DNA of 64,000 bases, from assembly GCA_963716395.1 (NCBI GenBank), contig OY970309.1, positions 1,024,001 through 1,088,000 of the forward strand, in the 5' to 3' direction. Both the position numbers and the translations under genes were made by a program. The notes beneath the pieces were generated by a model. It had not been told where the DNA came from and did no database searches. It saw nothing but the letters and a program-made list of their open reading frames with translations. This document shows, piece after piece, positions 9,177-19,442 of the stretch (the stretch's first letter is position 1; the number at the start of each line of letters is the position of its first letter). Source of the DNA: an uncultured Fibrobacteria bacterium (GTDB lineage: Bacteria > Fibrobacterota > Fibrobacteria > UBA11236).

Positions 9177-10595
9177 TTATAACTCCGACCAAACCGCCGT
9201 ACCGTCGGGATTGTCTTTGAGGGCAAAGCCGCGCGCGCGGAACTCTGCGCGGATCGCGTCGCTGCGCGCCCAGTTTTTGCTCCGGCGCGCTTCGCGCCGC
9301 TCGGCAAGCAGCGCCGCCAGGTCGTCGGGCAATGCGGCCGCGGTTTCAAGCGGCACCGACTGGTCCAGGCGCAGCCCCAGCACGCGGTCGAAGTCGACCA
9401 CCAGCGTGGCGCGTTCGCCTTCGAGCAGGTCGGCATCTTTGAGCATCAGATTCAGCACTCCGAGCGCCTTGGGAAGATTCAAGTCGTCGCGCACGGCTGC
9501 GAAAAAACGCTCGCGCCATTCCCGACCCAGATCCGAGCGCACGGGCGCGGTGCGACCGATGAGGGGATCGGTTTTCTTGCGCAGGTTGCGCAGCGAGTCG
9601 CGCGCGCCGTCCAGGGCCCCGTAGCTGAAATGCAAATAATTGCGGTAATGCGCGGTGAGGCAGAGATAGCGGTAGTCGAGCGGGCCGTATCCGCGCTGGA
9701 TCAACGTATCGACGGTGACGAATTCACCGGCCGACTTCGACATTTTACCACCGCCGTCGTCGCCCCCTTCGAGCAGCCAGCCGCCATGCATCCAATAGCG
9801 CGCGAAGGGTTTGCCCGTGGCGCATTCGGACTGCGCGATTTCATTGGTGTGGTGCACGCGCACCAAGTCGCTGCCGCCGCAATGGATGTCGAGCGTTTCG
9901 CCCAGCAGTTTCATGGCCATGGCCGAGCATTCGACATGCCAGCCGGGAAAGCCGCGGCCCCAGGGCGAATCCCATTCCATGATGCGCTGCGCCTCGACCG
10001 GAGAAAACTTCCACAAGGCGAAGTCGGTGGGGTGGCGCTTGCCTTCGGCCAACGCCACGCGCGCGCCGGCCTGCAAGCCTTCGACATCGAGCCGCGCGAA
10101 ATCGGGGTAACGGGGAAATTTCGCCGTGTCGAAATAGATGCCGTCGCCGTCGATGGCATAGGTATAGCCCTTGCTTTCCAGCGTGCGGATCAATTCGATT
10201 TGCTCGGGAATATGCGCCGTGGCGCGCGGCCAGGCGCTGGGCCAGAGGAGATTCAGCGCCTTCCAGTCTTTCCAGAAGGCCTGGGTATAATACTCGGCGA
10301 TTTCCCAGGCGGTTTTGCCTTCGCGCCGCGCGCCCTTCTCCATCTTGTCTTCGCCGGTGTCGGCATCGGAGGTCAAATGCCCCACGTCGGTGATGTTCAC
10401 CACATGCTGCACCGCGTAACCTTCGGCTTCGAGCGCCCGCCGCAGCAAATCTTCGAACACGGCGGTGCGCAGATTGCCGATATGGGCGAAGTGGTATACC
10501 GTGGGACCGCAGCAATACAGGCGCACCACGCCGGGCGTGAGCGGCTCGAAATCTTCGACTTGCCGCTTAGCGGTGTTATACAACCGGAGCGTCAT
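9177..10595 (-). CDS. cysS: Cysteine--tRNA ligase
   Basis: CGPTVY, HIGN, PGWHVECSAM, KMSKS motifs. Confidence 0.97.
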   Translation of the reverse strand: MTLRLYNTAKRQVEDFEPLTPGVVRLYCCGPTVYHFAHIGNLRTAVFEDLLRRALEAEGYAVQHVVNITDVGHLTSDADTGEDKMEKGARREGKTAWEIAEYYTQAFWKDWKALNLLWPSAWPRATAHIPEQIELIRTLESKGYTYAIDGDGIYFDTAKFPRYPDFARLDVEGLQAGARVALAEGKRHPTDFALWKFSPVEAQRIMEWDSPWGRGFPGWHVECSAMAMKLLGETLDIHCGGSDLVRVHHTNEIAQSECATGKPFARYWMHGGWLLEGGDDGGGKMSKSAGEFVTVDTLIQRGYGPLDYRYLCLTAHYRNYLHFSYGALDGARDSLRNLRKKTDPLIGRTAPVRSDLGREWRERFFAAVRDDLNLPKALGVLNLMLKDADLLEGERATLVVDFDRVLGLRLDQSVPLETAAALPDDLAALLAERREARRSKNWARSDAIRAEFRARGFALKDNPDGTAVWSEL

Positions 10596-10642
10596 GGGAA
10601 AGCAAATTTCACTTGGCCCGCATCAAAATGCAAATCCATTCC

Positions 10643-12082
10643 CTACTCTTCCGGCACACCCACCAAGGTGATGTAGAGAATTCCGTATTCCAACGGCAGG
10701 TTCAGCAGCGCATTGGCCCGATCGTCGTAGTAGCCGCCGATGCCCGACGAGCCGAGATCGCGATGCACGGCCCAGAGCTGGATGCGCTCGCCGATTTGGC
10801 CCGCATCCATGCAGGCGTAGCGGTAACCCCGGTCGCCGTATACCGAAACCAATTGGGGAATGTCGACCACGGCGATCCACGCCCACGCGCATTCGGCCGC
10901 CAGGTCCTGACCCAGACAGACCTCGCGTAGCGCTTCGCGGAAATCGCCGGTTTGCAGCGCCGTCCAGGCTAAGGTGGAGGGATCCACCGCGTAAAGCCCG
11001 GGAGTACGCCCTTCGATGGCGAACGCCGCCACATAAAATTTCAATTGCCCCGGCGCCAGACTCCACTCGCCGGCGGCCGCGCGAAAGGCGAAGCGCAGCA
11101 TGTCTTCGGCGTCCTTGAGCAGCAGGGAACCGCCGTTGAACTTGCGCGTGGAACGCCGGCGCAGGATCACCGACTGCGGATTGAAGCCCGCGGCGTCGAA
11201 TGCGATGCCCGCCTCCCGGGTCGGAACCGCGGAACGCAAGGGCAAATCGGCATACAGCCGCTCGCAGGCGTTTTGCTGCACTTGCAGCGAATCTTCGGCC
11301 TGCACCCGGCGCGAAGACTCGGCCGGCAGCGCGCCGGGACGCTGGCCCGCGGCGACGGGCGTTGCCTGGCCCACAGCCACGCCCAGCAGGGGGAACTCTT
11401 CTTTCGCGGACAAGAACAGCAATTCCTCCAACCCCGCATCGTAAAACCCGCCGAGCAAGGTCGTGGACAAACCCAGGGCCAAGGCCGTCTCCTGCAAATT
11501 GGCGGCGGCATGACCGGTATCGAGCAGGATACGGCGGTAGGCCCGTTCCTTGTATCGCCACGCCCCGCGGTTATAGATACCGGTGAACAGAAACAGGCAG
11601 TGGCCGGCCGCGGCCGGATGATCGAGAAAGTGATGGCGTAGATCCGCGGAGAAGTCGCCCTCCCACACCGGTATCAACGCCGACTTCTGGGAATGGTAGT
11701 GGTAGATGCCCGAGGGCAAATCCGCAAACCCGCGCACCGCCACATACACCTCGGTGGGATACAACCCGCCGGCCGACGGCGCGGCGCGCAAAAACTGATC
11801 GGTGCCGCCGCCCGAGAGGCGGGCCGTGAGGCCGAGGGTGAAATACAAGAGGCGGGCCAAGGCGGGCAAGGCCTCGTCCTGCAGCCAGGGCGCGGTGGAA
11901 TCGGGCGGCGCTTCGAGATGCGCGAACAAAAGCTTGAGATGCGGCACCAGATCGACCTTGCGGCCGGGCGGTACGTCTTTGAACGGCTCGGGTTGATCTT
12001 CCCAGCGCACGGCCCCCAGCCGGTCGATGGTTTCGGGGCGATACTTGGTCAACTCGTGGTAGCGCTCGGTGAAACTGGGCAA
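10643..12082 (-). CDS. SagB/ThcOx-family FMN-dependent oxidoreductase with two nitroreductase-like domains
   Basis: YHELTKY, RAAPSAGGLYPTE, WRYKERAYR, LDTGH; second domain RRRSTR, YGDRGYRY, GIGGYYDD; TTG start chosen from a GGAG SD. Confidence 0.88.
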   Translation of the reverse strand: MPSFTERYHELTKYRPETIDRLGAVRWEDQPEPFKDVPPGRKVDLVPHLKLLFAHLEAPPDSTAPWLQDEALPALARLLYFTLGLTARLSGGGTDQFLRAAPSAGGLYPTEVYVAVRGFADLPSGIYHYHSQKSALIPVWEGDFSADLRHHFLDHPAAAGHCLFLFTGIYNRGAWRYKERAYRRILLDTGHAAANLQETALALGLSTTLLGGFYDAGLEELLFLSAKEEFPLLGVAVGQATPVAAGQRPGALPAESSRRVQAEDSLQVQQNACERLYADLPLRSAVPTREAGIAFDAAGFNPQSVILRRRSTRKFNGGSLLLKDAEDMLRFAFRAAAGEWSLAPGQLKFYVAAFAIEGRTPGLYAVDPSTLAWTALQTGDFREALREVCLGQDLAAECAWAWIAVVDIPQLVSVYGDRGYRYACMDAGQIGERIQLWAVHRDLGSSGIGGYYDDRANALLNLPLEYGILYITLVGVPEE

Positions 12083-12249
12083 ACAAACTCCCGGAAATCG
12101 AAATGAACCCGCGCCGGACCAGCCCGCGCGGACAGCCAAACCTAACTAGTTGGCCACGGATTGAAACCCTTTCATCGCAGCGCGCGCCCACCGCGTTCGG
12201 CCCCTCCAGGCCGCGGAGAATACCGGATTTTGTACACTATACCCTTCCG

Positions 12250-15200
12250 ATGAAAATTCGCGCCTGTATTCTAGGGCTCGCGCTGCTGCCCGCCCTGGCT
12301 CTGGGATTCAGCCTCAACCGCAACGCGGCCCAAATCGACTGGCGCACGGTCGAGACCGAGCATTTCCGCATCCACTATCCCAAAGAGCTGGAAGGCGTGG
12401 CGGCCTACGTGGCGGGCGTGGCCGAAAGCGTGGCGCAGGAAAAAATCCAACGCTACCGCCTCAAGCTGCCCAACAAGGTGGAGTTTACCATCCGCGACGA
12501 CATCTACTCGAACGGCTGGGCCAACGCCCTGGAAAACTCGATGAATGTGTGGGTGACCGATTGGGATTTTCCCGTGCGCAGCACCCACAACTGGATTCGC
12601 GATGTGGTGACGCATGAATTCTCGCATCTGGTTTCCATCCAATCGGGCAGCAAGCTGCCCGCCTTTGTGCAGGGCCTGGTGATCGGCTACCAGAGCTATT
12701 ACAACGCTCCGGTGCAGGGCAATTTGGCCACCATCATTCCCTTCACCGAACAGCCTAACTGGTTCGCCGAAGGCGTGGCCCAATACGAGTCTTCAATTGC
12801 GGGATTCGACGCCTGGGATTCGCACCGCGACATGATCCTGCGCGTGGCCTGCCTCAACAACAAGCTGATTTCCATCGACCGCATGGGAACCTTCACCGGC
12901 ACCGGCCTGCAATACGAACAAGGCCCCTACACCCAGGGCTTCGCCCTGGTACGCTATATCTCGCAACGCTACGGCGACGCCGCCATACCCAAATTATGGA
13001 GCGAAAACGCTCGCATCTACCGCCAGACCTTTTCCGGCGCGGCGAAGGTGGTGTTGGGCGTTTCCGATCGCGAGTTGTACGAGGAGTGGAAAAACGACAT
13101 CACCGAACATTACACCGAACAGGTGCAGGCCTTGGGCCACACCGTGGAAGGGCAGAAGCTCACCTCGGCGGGCTTTTACAACTATTATCCGCGCTGGGAT
13201 CACCAGGGGCGCGGCATTTTTTTCGTGGGCAATCCCGGCAGCGAAACCTTTCGATCCACTTTGCAGTATTTGAAAATCGCCGACACCGCCAAGGCCGAAG
13301 ACGAACGCTACCAACCCATTGCCGGCGTGCACGGGTATTTCGACGTGGGTCGCGACGACAGCACCTTTCTGTTTGCTTCGGCCCTGGCCACCGATTCCGA
13401 AGGGATTCATAAAATCGACCTGTACCAGCGCAATGTGCGCCGGCAGGCGCCTTTTTTCGAGGGGCGCGACCCCACGGAAAAGCGTTTCACCTTTGACCTG
13501 AACGCCGACCAGGCGAATTACAGCCCCGACGGCAAGCACGTCACCTTTGTGCGCGCCGTACCCGCCGGCTTCAAGCTGTGCATCGCGCCCGTGCCTTCCG
13601 GGCGCAAATTGCCGGCCGATTCCATCCGCACCCTGTTCCCGTCGGATTCGGTGTCGGAAAACGAATTCGGATTCAATGTGTACACCCCGAAGTTTTCCCC
13701 CGACGGAAGCAAAATCCTTTTTTCCTATTACGATCTCGATTCGCGCAAAATCGGGATGATCAATACCGACGGCACCGGCTTCACCCCGCTGCTGACGCGG
13801 CGTTATGATCAGCGCGACCCGGAATGGGCGCCGGACGGCAAATCGTTCTTTTTCTCCTCCGACACCAACGGCATTTACAACATCTACCGCTACACCTTCG
13901 CCACCCATGCCATCGAAGCTTTGACCAATGTGGTGGGCGGCGCCTTCGCCCCCGCGGTCGATCCGGCGGGCAAGCGGCTCGCCTTCATCAATTACGACGC
14001 CGACGGTTTTTCGCTGTATTTACTCAACGACCTGAAGCCGCTGGCGCACGGGCCGGTCGGGGTGCGTTTTCGGCGTGTGAAGCTCGGACCCATCGAACCC
14101 ATCGATTGCGCCGGGCACAGCCAGCCTTATTCGCCCGTGCCCACGCGCGGAATTCTGACGCCCATCCTCTACGGCGAGCAGATGATCGCCACCACGCCCA
14201 TCGCCCGCGAAGGCCAGACCAAATGGCTGGGCGGCGTGACCGGATATTGGAACGATCCCGTACTCAAAAACGAAATCAATGCGGGGCTGCTGTTGCAGCT
14301 CGGCAACGGGTTCGATTACTTCGGCACCAACAGCGATTTATTGTCGCCCGACCAGGAGTCGCAGTTTTTCGTCGGCGCTTCCAACCACTCCACGCCCGTG
14401 ACCTTGGGCGTCGACTATTTCCGCGGCAACTTGACCACGGACGACACCGTCACGCTACAGGATCAAGTCGCCGGACAGAACACCGCAGAGATCCAGAACT
14501 ATGCCATCACCTTCCGCGACGCCGAAGCTTCGGCGTCGTACAACCTCTTCGACGCCGAAGCCGTGGGCGACGAAGACCAGACCAATTACGTCAGCCTGAC
14601 CGGCGGCTATGCCTGGAACGATTTCAACTTCTACAATCTGGGCGGCGGGCAGGGCTTCGACTTCACCTATTACCGCGATTTGTTCGCCAGCGCCCAGCTC
14701 AACCTTTCCAGCTCGAATTACAGCGACAAAAGCCTGGTGGCGCCCACGGGCATGGCCGCTTCGCTGGCCTACACCTTGAGCCAAAGCGACCTCATGCGCA
14801 ACGGCACCTTTGCACAAACCTTCACCTTCAACAGCAACGGCACCCTGTCGCCCGTGTACCGCACCTATCAGTTGAACGAACTCGACGGCGGCTTCAGCTA
14901 CAGCCTGCCCATGCCCTGGGCGCGCCACAGCGCCTTGGTGGCCTCGGGCTTCGTGGGCAGCCTGCTCGATTGGAATTTGACCACCAAAAATCAGGGTCCC
15001 GACACCCTTGACTCGTTTTTCCAGAAGGGGCTGACGCTGCGCGGTTACCCCTATCTGCGCGATATCGAAGACCTGGCCTTCGGGGGCGAGAATGCCGTGA
15101 GCATGAGCTTCGACATGAATCAGCCGGTGTGGCCCAATATCTACCGCAGGTTTTGGACCGTACTGGTCGAAGATCTGTATCTCGATGCCTTTTGGGAGGC

Positions 15201-15561
15201 GGGACGAGCCTGGAACGGACCGCTGTGGGATTTGCAACTGTTTTCGCCCTCGGCCTGGCAACCGGAAATCCGTACCGACGGTTGGTATCAAAGCGTGGGC
15301 TTGAGCCTCAAGGTCAACGCCGTCGTGTACCACAATTATCCGTTTCTCCTGTACTTTCAGGCGGCCGCGGGATTGTCGGGCATTCCCGACGGCCACGGCG
15401 GGTTGATGCCGCTCTCCGACATCTATTGGGGATCGCTCAATACCCACGCCACGCGCATCGCCTTCGGCATTTCCTTCGGACTGTACAACGGTTTGTTGCG
15501 GCAGAGCGAAGCCCGCAACCCCATGAATCCCAAATCGCCCTTCGACAACAATCGTTGGTAA
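12250..15561 (+). CDS. Large exported protein: zincin (peptidase MA-like) domain, TolB/PD40 propeller and probable Omp85-like C-terminal barrel
   Basis: Signal peptide; HEFSH and WFAEGVAQY; YSPDGK, FSPDGS, WAPDGK repeats; C-terminal beta strands with LRGY motif. Confidence 0.75.
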   Translation: MKIRACILGLALLPALALGFSLNRNAAQIDWRTVETEHFRIHYPKELEGVAAYVAGVAESVAQEKIQRYRLKLPNKVEFTIRDDIYSNGWANALENSMNVWVTDWDFPVRSTHNWIRDVVTHEFSHLVSIQSGSKLPAFVQGLVIGYQSYYNAPVQGNLATIIPFTEQPNWFAEGVAQYESSIAGFDAWDSHRDMILRVACLNNKLISIDRMGTFTGTGLQYEQGPYTQGFALVRYISQRYGDAAIPKLWSENARIYRQTFSGAAKVVLGVSDRELYEEWKNDITEHYTEQVQALGHTVEGQKLTSAGFYNYYPRWDHQGRGIFFVGNPGSETFRSTLQYLKIADTAKAEDERYQPIAGVHGYFDVGRDDSTFLFASALATDSEGIHKIDLYQRNVRRQAPFFEGRDPTEKRFTFDLNADQANYSPDGKHVTFVRAVPAGFKLCIAPVPSGRKLPADSIRTLFPSDSVSENEFGFNVYTPKFSPDGSKILFSYYDLDSRKIGMINTDGTGFTPLLTRRYDQRDPEWAPDGKSFFFSSDTNGIYNIYRYTFATHAIEALTNVVGGAFAPAVDPAGKRLAFINYDADGFSLYLLNDLKPLAHGPVGVRFRRVKLGPIEPIDCAGHSQPYSPVPTRGILTPILYGEQMIATTPIAREGQTKWLGGVTGYWNDPVLKNEINAGLLLQLGNGFDYFGTNSDLLSPDQESQFFVGASNHSTPVTLGVDYFRGNLTTDDTVTLQDQVAGQNTAEIQNYAITFRDAEASASYNLFDAEAVGDEDQTNYVSLTGGYAWNDFNFYNLGGGQGFDFTYYRDLFASAQLNLSSSNYSDKSLVAPTGMAASLAYTLSQSDLMRNGTFAQTFTFNSNGTLSPVYRTYQLNELDGGFSYSLPMPWARHSALVASGFVGSLLDWNLTTKNQGPDTLDSFFQKGLTLRGYPYLRDIEDLAFGGENAVSMSFDMNQPVWPNIYRRFWTVLVEDLYLDAFWEAGRAWNGPLWDLQLFSPSAWQPEIRTDGWYQSVGLSLKVNAVVYHNYPFLLYFQAAAGLSGIPDGHGGLMPLSDIYWGSLNTHATRIAFGISFGLYNGLLRQSEARNPMNPKSPFDNNRW

Positions 15562-15563
15562 GC

Positions 15564-16463
15564 ATGGCGGCGCGCTTTCCCGCCGGAGCGTATGCCTCTG
15601 TCAACGGCCGCATTCTGCCCGCGGCGCGCGCCTCGATCTCGGTGTTCGATCGCGGGCTGGTGCTGGGCGACGGATTGTTCGAAACCGTGCGCGCCCGGCG
15701 GGGCCGGCCCGAATTCTGGGCCTTGCATTTCCGGCGCCTCACGCGATCGGCGCGACGTCTGCGGCTGAAGATTCCCATCTCTGAAACCGGCCTGCGCGAC
15801 CTCATCGCCCGGCTGTGCCGGCGCAGCCGGTTGGACGATGCCATGGTGCGCGTCACGCTGACACGCGGGCGTTACCAGGGTGGGCTTTCCATCGATCCGG
15901 ATATCGCGCCTTCGCTCATCGTCACGGTCATGCCCGTGGCCGCGCCCGAACCCGCGGTGTATGAGCGCGGTGTGGCGGTAGCCGTCTCGCACGTGAACAA
16001 AGCGGCGGCCTCGGGGCTTGACCCGGGCATCAAATCGACCAATTACCTGGCCAACATTTTCGCCAAGGCCGAAGCCGACCGCAAACAATGCTACGAAGCC
16101 GTGCTGCTCGGGGCGCGCGGCGAAATCGCCGAACTTTCCACCGCGAGTTTTTTTTGCGTCATCGACGATACGGTGATCACACCTTCGCTTTCCACCGGCA
16201 TTCTGCCCGGCATCACCCGCCAGGTGCTGCTGGGCCTGCTGCGCCGCCACCGCATCGCCTGCCGCGCAGGCGAGGTGTTTCCCCAAGATGCGGCGCGCAT
16301 GTCCGAAGCCTGGCTGTGTTCCTCGGTGCGCGGGCCTGTGCCCATCACGCGCTTTGGGGGGCGCCGCATCGGTGGCGGCAAACCCGGTGCCGTGTTCCGA
16401 CGGCTGCGGGATCTGTATGTCGCGGCCTGCGAACGCGACGTATCGGCGCCACACCGGAATTGA
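15564..16463 (+). CDS. PLP-dependent aminotransferase class IV (IlvE/PabC-like)
   Basis: DRGLVLGDGLFET, IKSTNY (PLP Lys), ILPGITR motifs. Confidence 0.92.
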   Translation: MAARFPAGAYASVNGRILPAARASISVFDRGLVLGDGLFETVRARRGRPEFWALHFRRLTRSARRLRLKIPISETGLRDLIARLCRRSRLDDAMVRVTLTRGRYQGGLSIDPDIAPSLIVTVMPVAAPEPAVYERGVAVAVSHVNKAAASGLDPGIKSTNYLANIFAKAEADRKQCYEAVLLGARGEIAELSTASFFCVIDDTVITPSLSTGILPGITRQVLLGLLRRHRIACRAGEVFPQDAARMSEAWLCSSVRGPVPITRFGGRRIGGGKPGAVFRRLRDLYVAACERDVSAPHRN

Positions 16464-16512
16464 ATTTTCGGCGCAAAAACCCTTCAACCTGCAGGCCCGG
16501 ATGGCATACGCT

Positions 16513-16956
16513 TCAATCTTCGGGAAATTGTCGCGCGAAAACGATGAAATCCGTGGCGGGAGGATGCAGATCGAGCCGGTTGGCCTGGGCCGCGATTTGT
16601 CCCCGGTGATAGGCACTGTGAAAACAGATCTGCGCGAGAATGTCATGCACGCGGGACTCCGATTCTTGGTTGTCGCGGCGGCGATAGCGAATCCGGCGCG
16701 CCAGATCACCGCGCAAGACCTCAGCCCATTCCGCCTCATTCTGTTCCCGCCGGGTCATCCATTGATCCACCGGTAACGGCGTCCAAGGTTCGGTTTCCGC
16801 AGCCAGGCCGAGCAGGCGCTCCAGCCAAACGCCCTCGCTTTGCAGAATATGCGCACCGAGCTTCACACAATACGCGTCTTCAACCACAGTCGGCACGCAC
16901 CAATCCAGGAGCAACCGATTGGCCCAGGCGCGGTAACCCATCAGACGTATGAACAT
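16513..16956 (-). CDS. DinB-family protein
   Basis: Y.AWAN, HI, HSAYHRGQI, TDF motifs. Confidence 0.88.
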   Translation of the reverse strand: MFIRLMGYRAWANRLLLDWCVPTVVEDAYCVKLGAHILQSEGVWLERLLGLAAETEPWTPLPVDQWMTRREQNEAEWAEVLRGDLARRIRYRRRDNQESESRVHDILAQICFHSAYHRGQIAAQANRLDLHPPATDFIVFARQFPED

Positions 16957-16969
16957 GACTTTACCCCTT

Positions 16970-17749
16970 TCAATCTTGCCGTGATTTCTGAATGGCGCCG
17001 ACGAAATTCAAGGCCCAGGATCGCGGCGCCCATTGCGCCAAGGCGGCGCCCAGGCGGTTGGGCCACCCGTGAATGACCCGGCGGCGGCCGGCCAGCAAAG
17101 CGCGGCAGCCGGTTTCGGCCACGCGGTCGGCGCGGGCGCTGAAAAGGCGCGACCATACCGAGTCTTGAATCTTCGCCCGCCGGCCGAATTCGGTGCGGGT
17201 GAGACCGGGACACAGGGCCGTAACCGTCACGCCGGTGTTGCGCAGCTCGTAACTCAAGGCTTCGCTGAAAGAAAGCACGAAGGCCTTGCTGGCGTAGTAC
17301 ACCGCCATCTGCGGCCCGGGTTCGAAGGCGGCGGTGGAGGCTACGTTCAGCACCCGGCCCGAACCGGTCGTCAGGCGAGGCCGAAGAAACAGCCAGGTCA
17401 ATTCCATCAACGACACGATGTTGAGCTGCACCATTTCGGTTTGCTCGGCCAGCGGTAAAGCGGCGAAGCGGCCGCCCAGACCGAAGGCCGCGTTATTGAT
17501 CAGTATTTCGACGGGCAGTCCGAGATCCTCGACCCGCCGCCACAAAGCCGCCGCCGATCCCGGCGCGGAGAGGTCGGCATCGAGCACCCGCACTTCGATT
17601 TTTTCGGCGGACAGTTTATGCGCCAAGGCTTCGAGGCGGTCGCGACGCCGCGCGGTGACCACCAGATTGATACGACGCCGCGCCAGGCAATGGGCCAATT
17701 CCCAACCGATGCCGCTCGATGCTCCGGTAATCAAGCCCCAAGGATTCAT
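16970..17749 (-). CDS. Short-chain dehydrogenase/reductase
   Basis: TGASSGIG, NNA, YYASK, LCPG motifs. Confidence 0.92.
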   Translation of the reverse strand: MNPWGLITGASSGIGWELAHCLARRRINLVVTARRRDRLEALAHKLSAEKIEVRVLDADLSAPGSAAALWRRVEDLGLPVEILINNAAFGLGGRFAALPLAEQTEMVQLNIVSLMELTWLFLRPRLTTGSGRVLNVASTAAFEPGPQMAVYYASKAFVLSFSEALSYELRNTGVTVTALCPGLTRTEFGRRAKIQDSVWSRLFSARADRVAETGCRALLAGRRRVIHGWPNRLGAALAQWAPRSWALNFVGAIQKSRQD

Positions 17750-17774
17750 GCTATCCCCCATGGGTAGTACTAAA

Positions 17775-17831
17775 GGGTACCTCTAACAATCGCATTCTCC
17801 GCCTACGGCGGACCGATTATTAGAGGCACCC
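17775..17831. mobile_element. 57-bp MITE-like element
   Basis: 18-bp terminal inverted repeats (16/18 match), flanking TAAA direct repeats, internal TCCGCC-TAC-GGCGGA hairpin. Confidence 0.6.
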
Positions 17832-17982
17832 TAAATAACAAATGGCCGGCTCGGGATTTTTTAATCCGGTTTGGTTGCCGGCGCGAAGTTCTTAGTAGAA
17901 TAAGACCTCCCGATTCGCAAGCGGATCCGGGATAGGGGCTGCGGCCATCACGGCCGCCAATTCCCCCCGTTAGGAGAGCAGG

Positions 17983-19182
17983 GTGTCGAATCTTTTTGCA
18001 TGGCGATCCTCGTCGCTGCATCGCTGGATTTTGGGATTCGGTTTGGCGGCGGCGCCGGTATTGGGCCACCCCAACGGAACTTCCAACACCACCATCCGGC
18101 TCGTCACTCCGGATTCCCTCGAAATGGCCATGAATGTGAATCACGACGATTTGATGAACGTCCTCGGCTTTCACGCCGGCATCCAATACGGTCGGCAAAT
18201 CACGGCGAAGCAAGCGGCCATATTCGACTCCGAAGCCCAGGATTATTTCCGCGCGCGCGTGCGCCTCAAGGTCGATGATCGCCTTCTCGATGGCTTGCAT
18301 GTGATTTCTTGGAAACCCGGGGGCAAAGGCCCGGCCGACGATTTCACCGACGATTCGGCCTACTTCTGGCGGGCGAATTTCGACATCACTTTGGCCGGGG
18401 TGCTGCCTCCTCACAGCCAAAACCTCAACGTCGCGGTGCAAATGTTCGCCGAATTCGGAATCCAGGCGATTTCGCGCGTCGCGCTATATTGGAAAGACAG
18501 CTTGGTGGAAGAGCATTGGATCGGCCTGGATCAGACCATCAACCTTCCCCTGAATCCCGACACCTTGAACGCCATGTTGAGGGCGCAAAAAATCAAACCG
18601 GAAAAAGTGGCGGCACCAAACGGAAATCTCACCGGGCACTTTCTCTTCTTGGGTTTTCAGCACGTTTTGACCAACGGGCTCGACTACATATTGTTCGTGT
18701 TGGGATTGTATTTCTTCGCAACGGGCCTGCGTCCGCTGCTCTTGCAATTCATCGCCTATTCCGCGGCGCTTTCATTGACTTTGTGGCTTTCGATGGCCGG
18801 GGCGCTTTCGTTGACGCCGCGCATCGTGGAACCATTGATGGCTCTTTCCATCGCCGTCGTCGGACTGGAAAACCTTTTCTTCCGCAAAGTTTCACTCTGG
18901 CGCTGGTGCATCGTGTTTGGTTTAGGCCTGGTGCATGGCCTGGGGTTGGCCGCGGCTTTGGGGCAATTGGGCGGGCCGGAGATCCAACTCGGGCCGACCT
19001 TGGCCGGCTTCAATGTGGGCGTGGAATTGGGGCTGCTCGCCGTGGTGGTTATCGCTTTGGCTTTGACGCGCTGGTTCTGGTCCAAGCCTTGGTATTTCAA
19101 ACGCATCGCCTTGCCCGCCAGCGCGGCGATCACCGTGGTGGCGCTGTATTGGGTGGTGCGGCGCACCATGGGTGCGCTTTAA
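17983..19182 (+). CDS. HupE/UreJ-family membrane protein with N-terminal exported domain
   Basis: Signal peptide then His; [24 protein letters not shown] motifs. Confidence 0.8.
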   Translation: MSNLFAWRSSSLHRWILGFGLAAAPVLGHPNGTSNTTIRLVTPDSLEMAMNVNHDDLMNVLGFHAGIQYGRQITAKQAAIFDSEAQDYFRARVRLKVDDRLLDGLHVISWKPGGKGPADDFTDDSAYFWRANFDITLAGVLPPHSQNLNVAVQMFAEFGIQAISRVALYWKDSLVEEHWIGLDQTINLPLNPDTLNAMLRAQKIKPEKVAAPNGNLTGHFLFLGFQHVLTNGLDYILFVLGLYFFATGLRPLLLQFIAYSAALSLTLWLSMAGALSLTPRIVEPLMALSIAVVGLENLFFRKVSLWRWCIVFGLGLVHGLGLAAALGQLGGPEIQLGPTLAGFNVGVELGLLAVVVIALALTRWFWSKPWYFKRIALPASAAITVVALYWVVRRTMGAL

Positions 19183-19229
19183 AGACCGTTTGTCCCGGAC
19201 TCGAATGCTATTTTTGTCTCTCGCGACGG

Positions 19230-19306
19230 GCACCAGTAGCTCAGCTGGATAGAGCGTCGGCCTCCGAAGCCGAAGGTCGCAGGTTCGACTCCTGTCTGGT
19301 GTACCA
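19230..19306 (+). tRNA. tRNA-Arg (anticodon CCG)
   Basis: Acceptor stem GCACCAG/CTGGTGT, D arm AGCTCAGCTGGATAGAGC, anticodon arm TCGGC-CTCCGAA-GCCGA, GTTCGA T loop, encoded CCA. Confidence 0.97.
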
Positions 19307-19442
19307 GCCGTCCGTAAATTTCACTTCGGTTCCTCTTATTCAGCTTGGTGACGGTTGATCGCGGTTCAACCAATATTTCCCGTCTGATGAGCAGCCACTA
19401 TTTGCGAAACGAAAGCTGCGTCATCCTTCCGATTCGGTCGGC

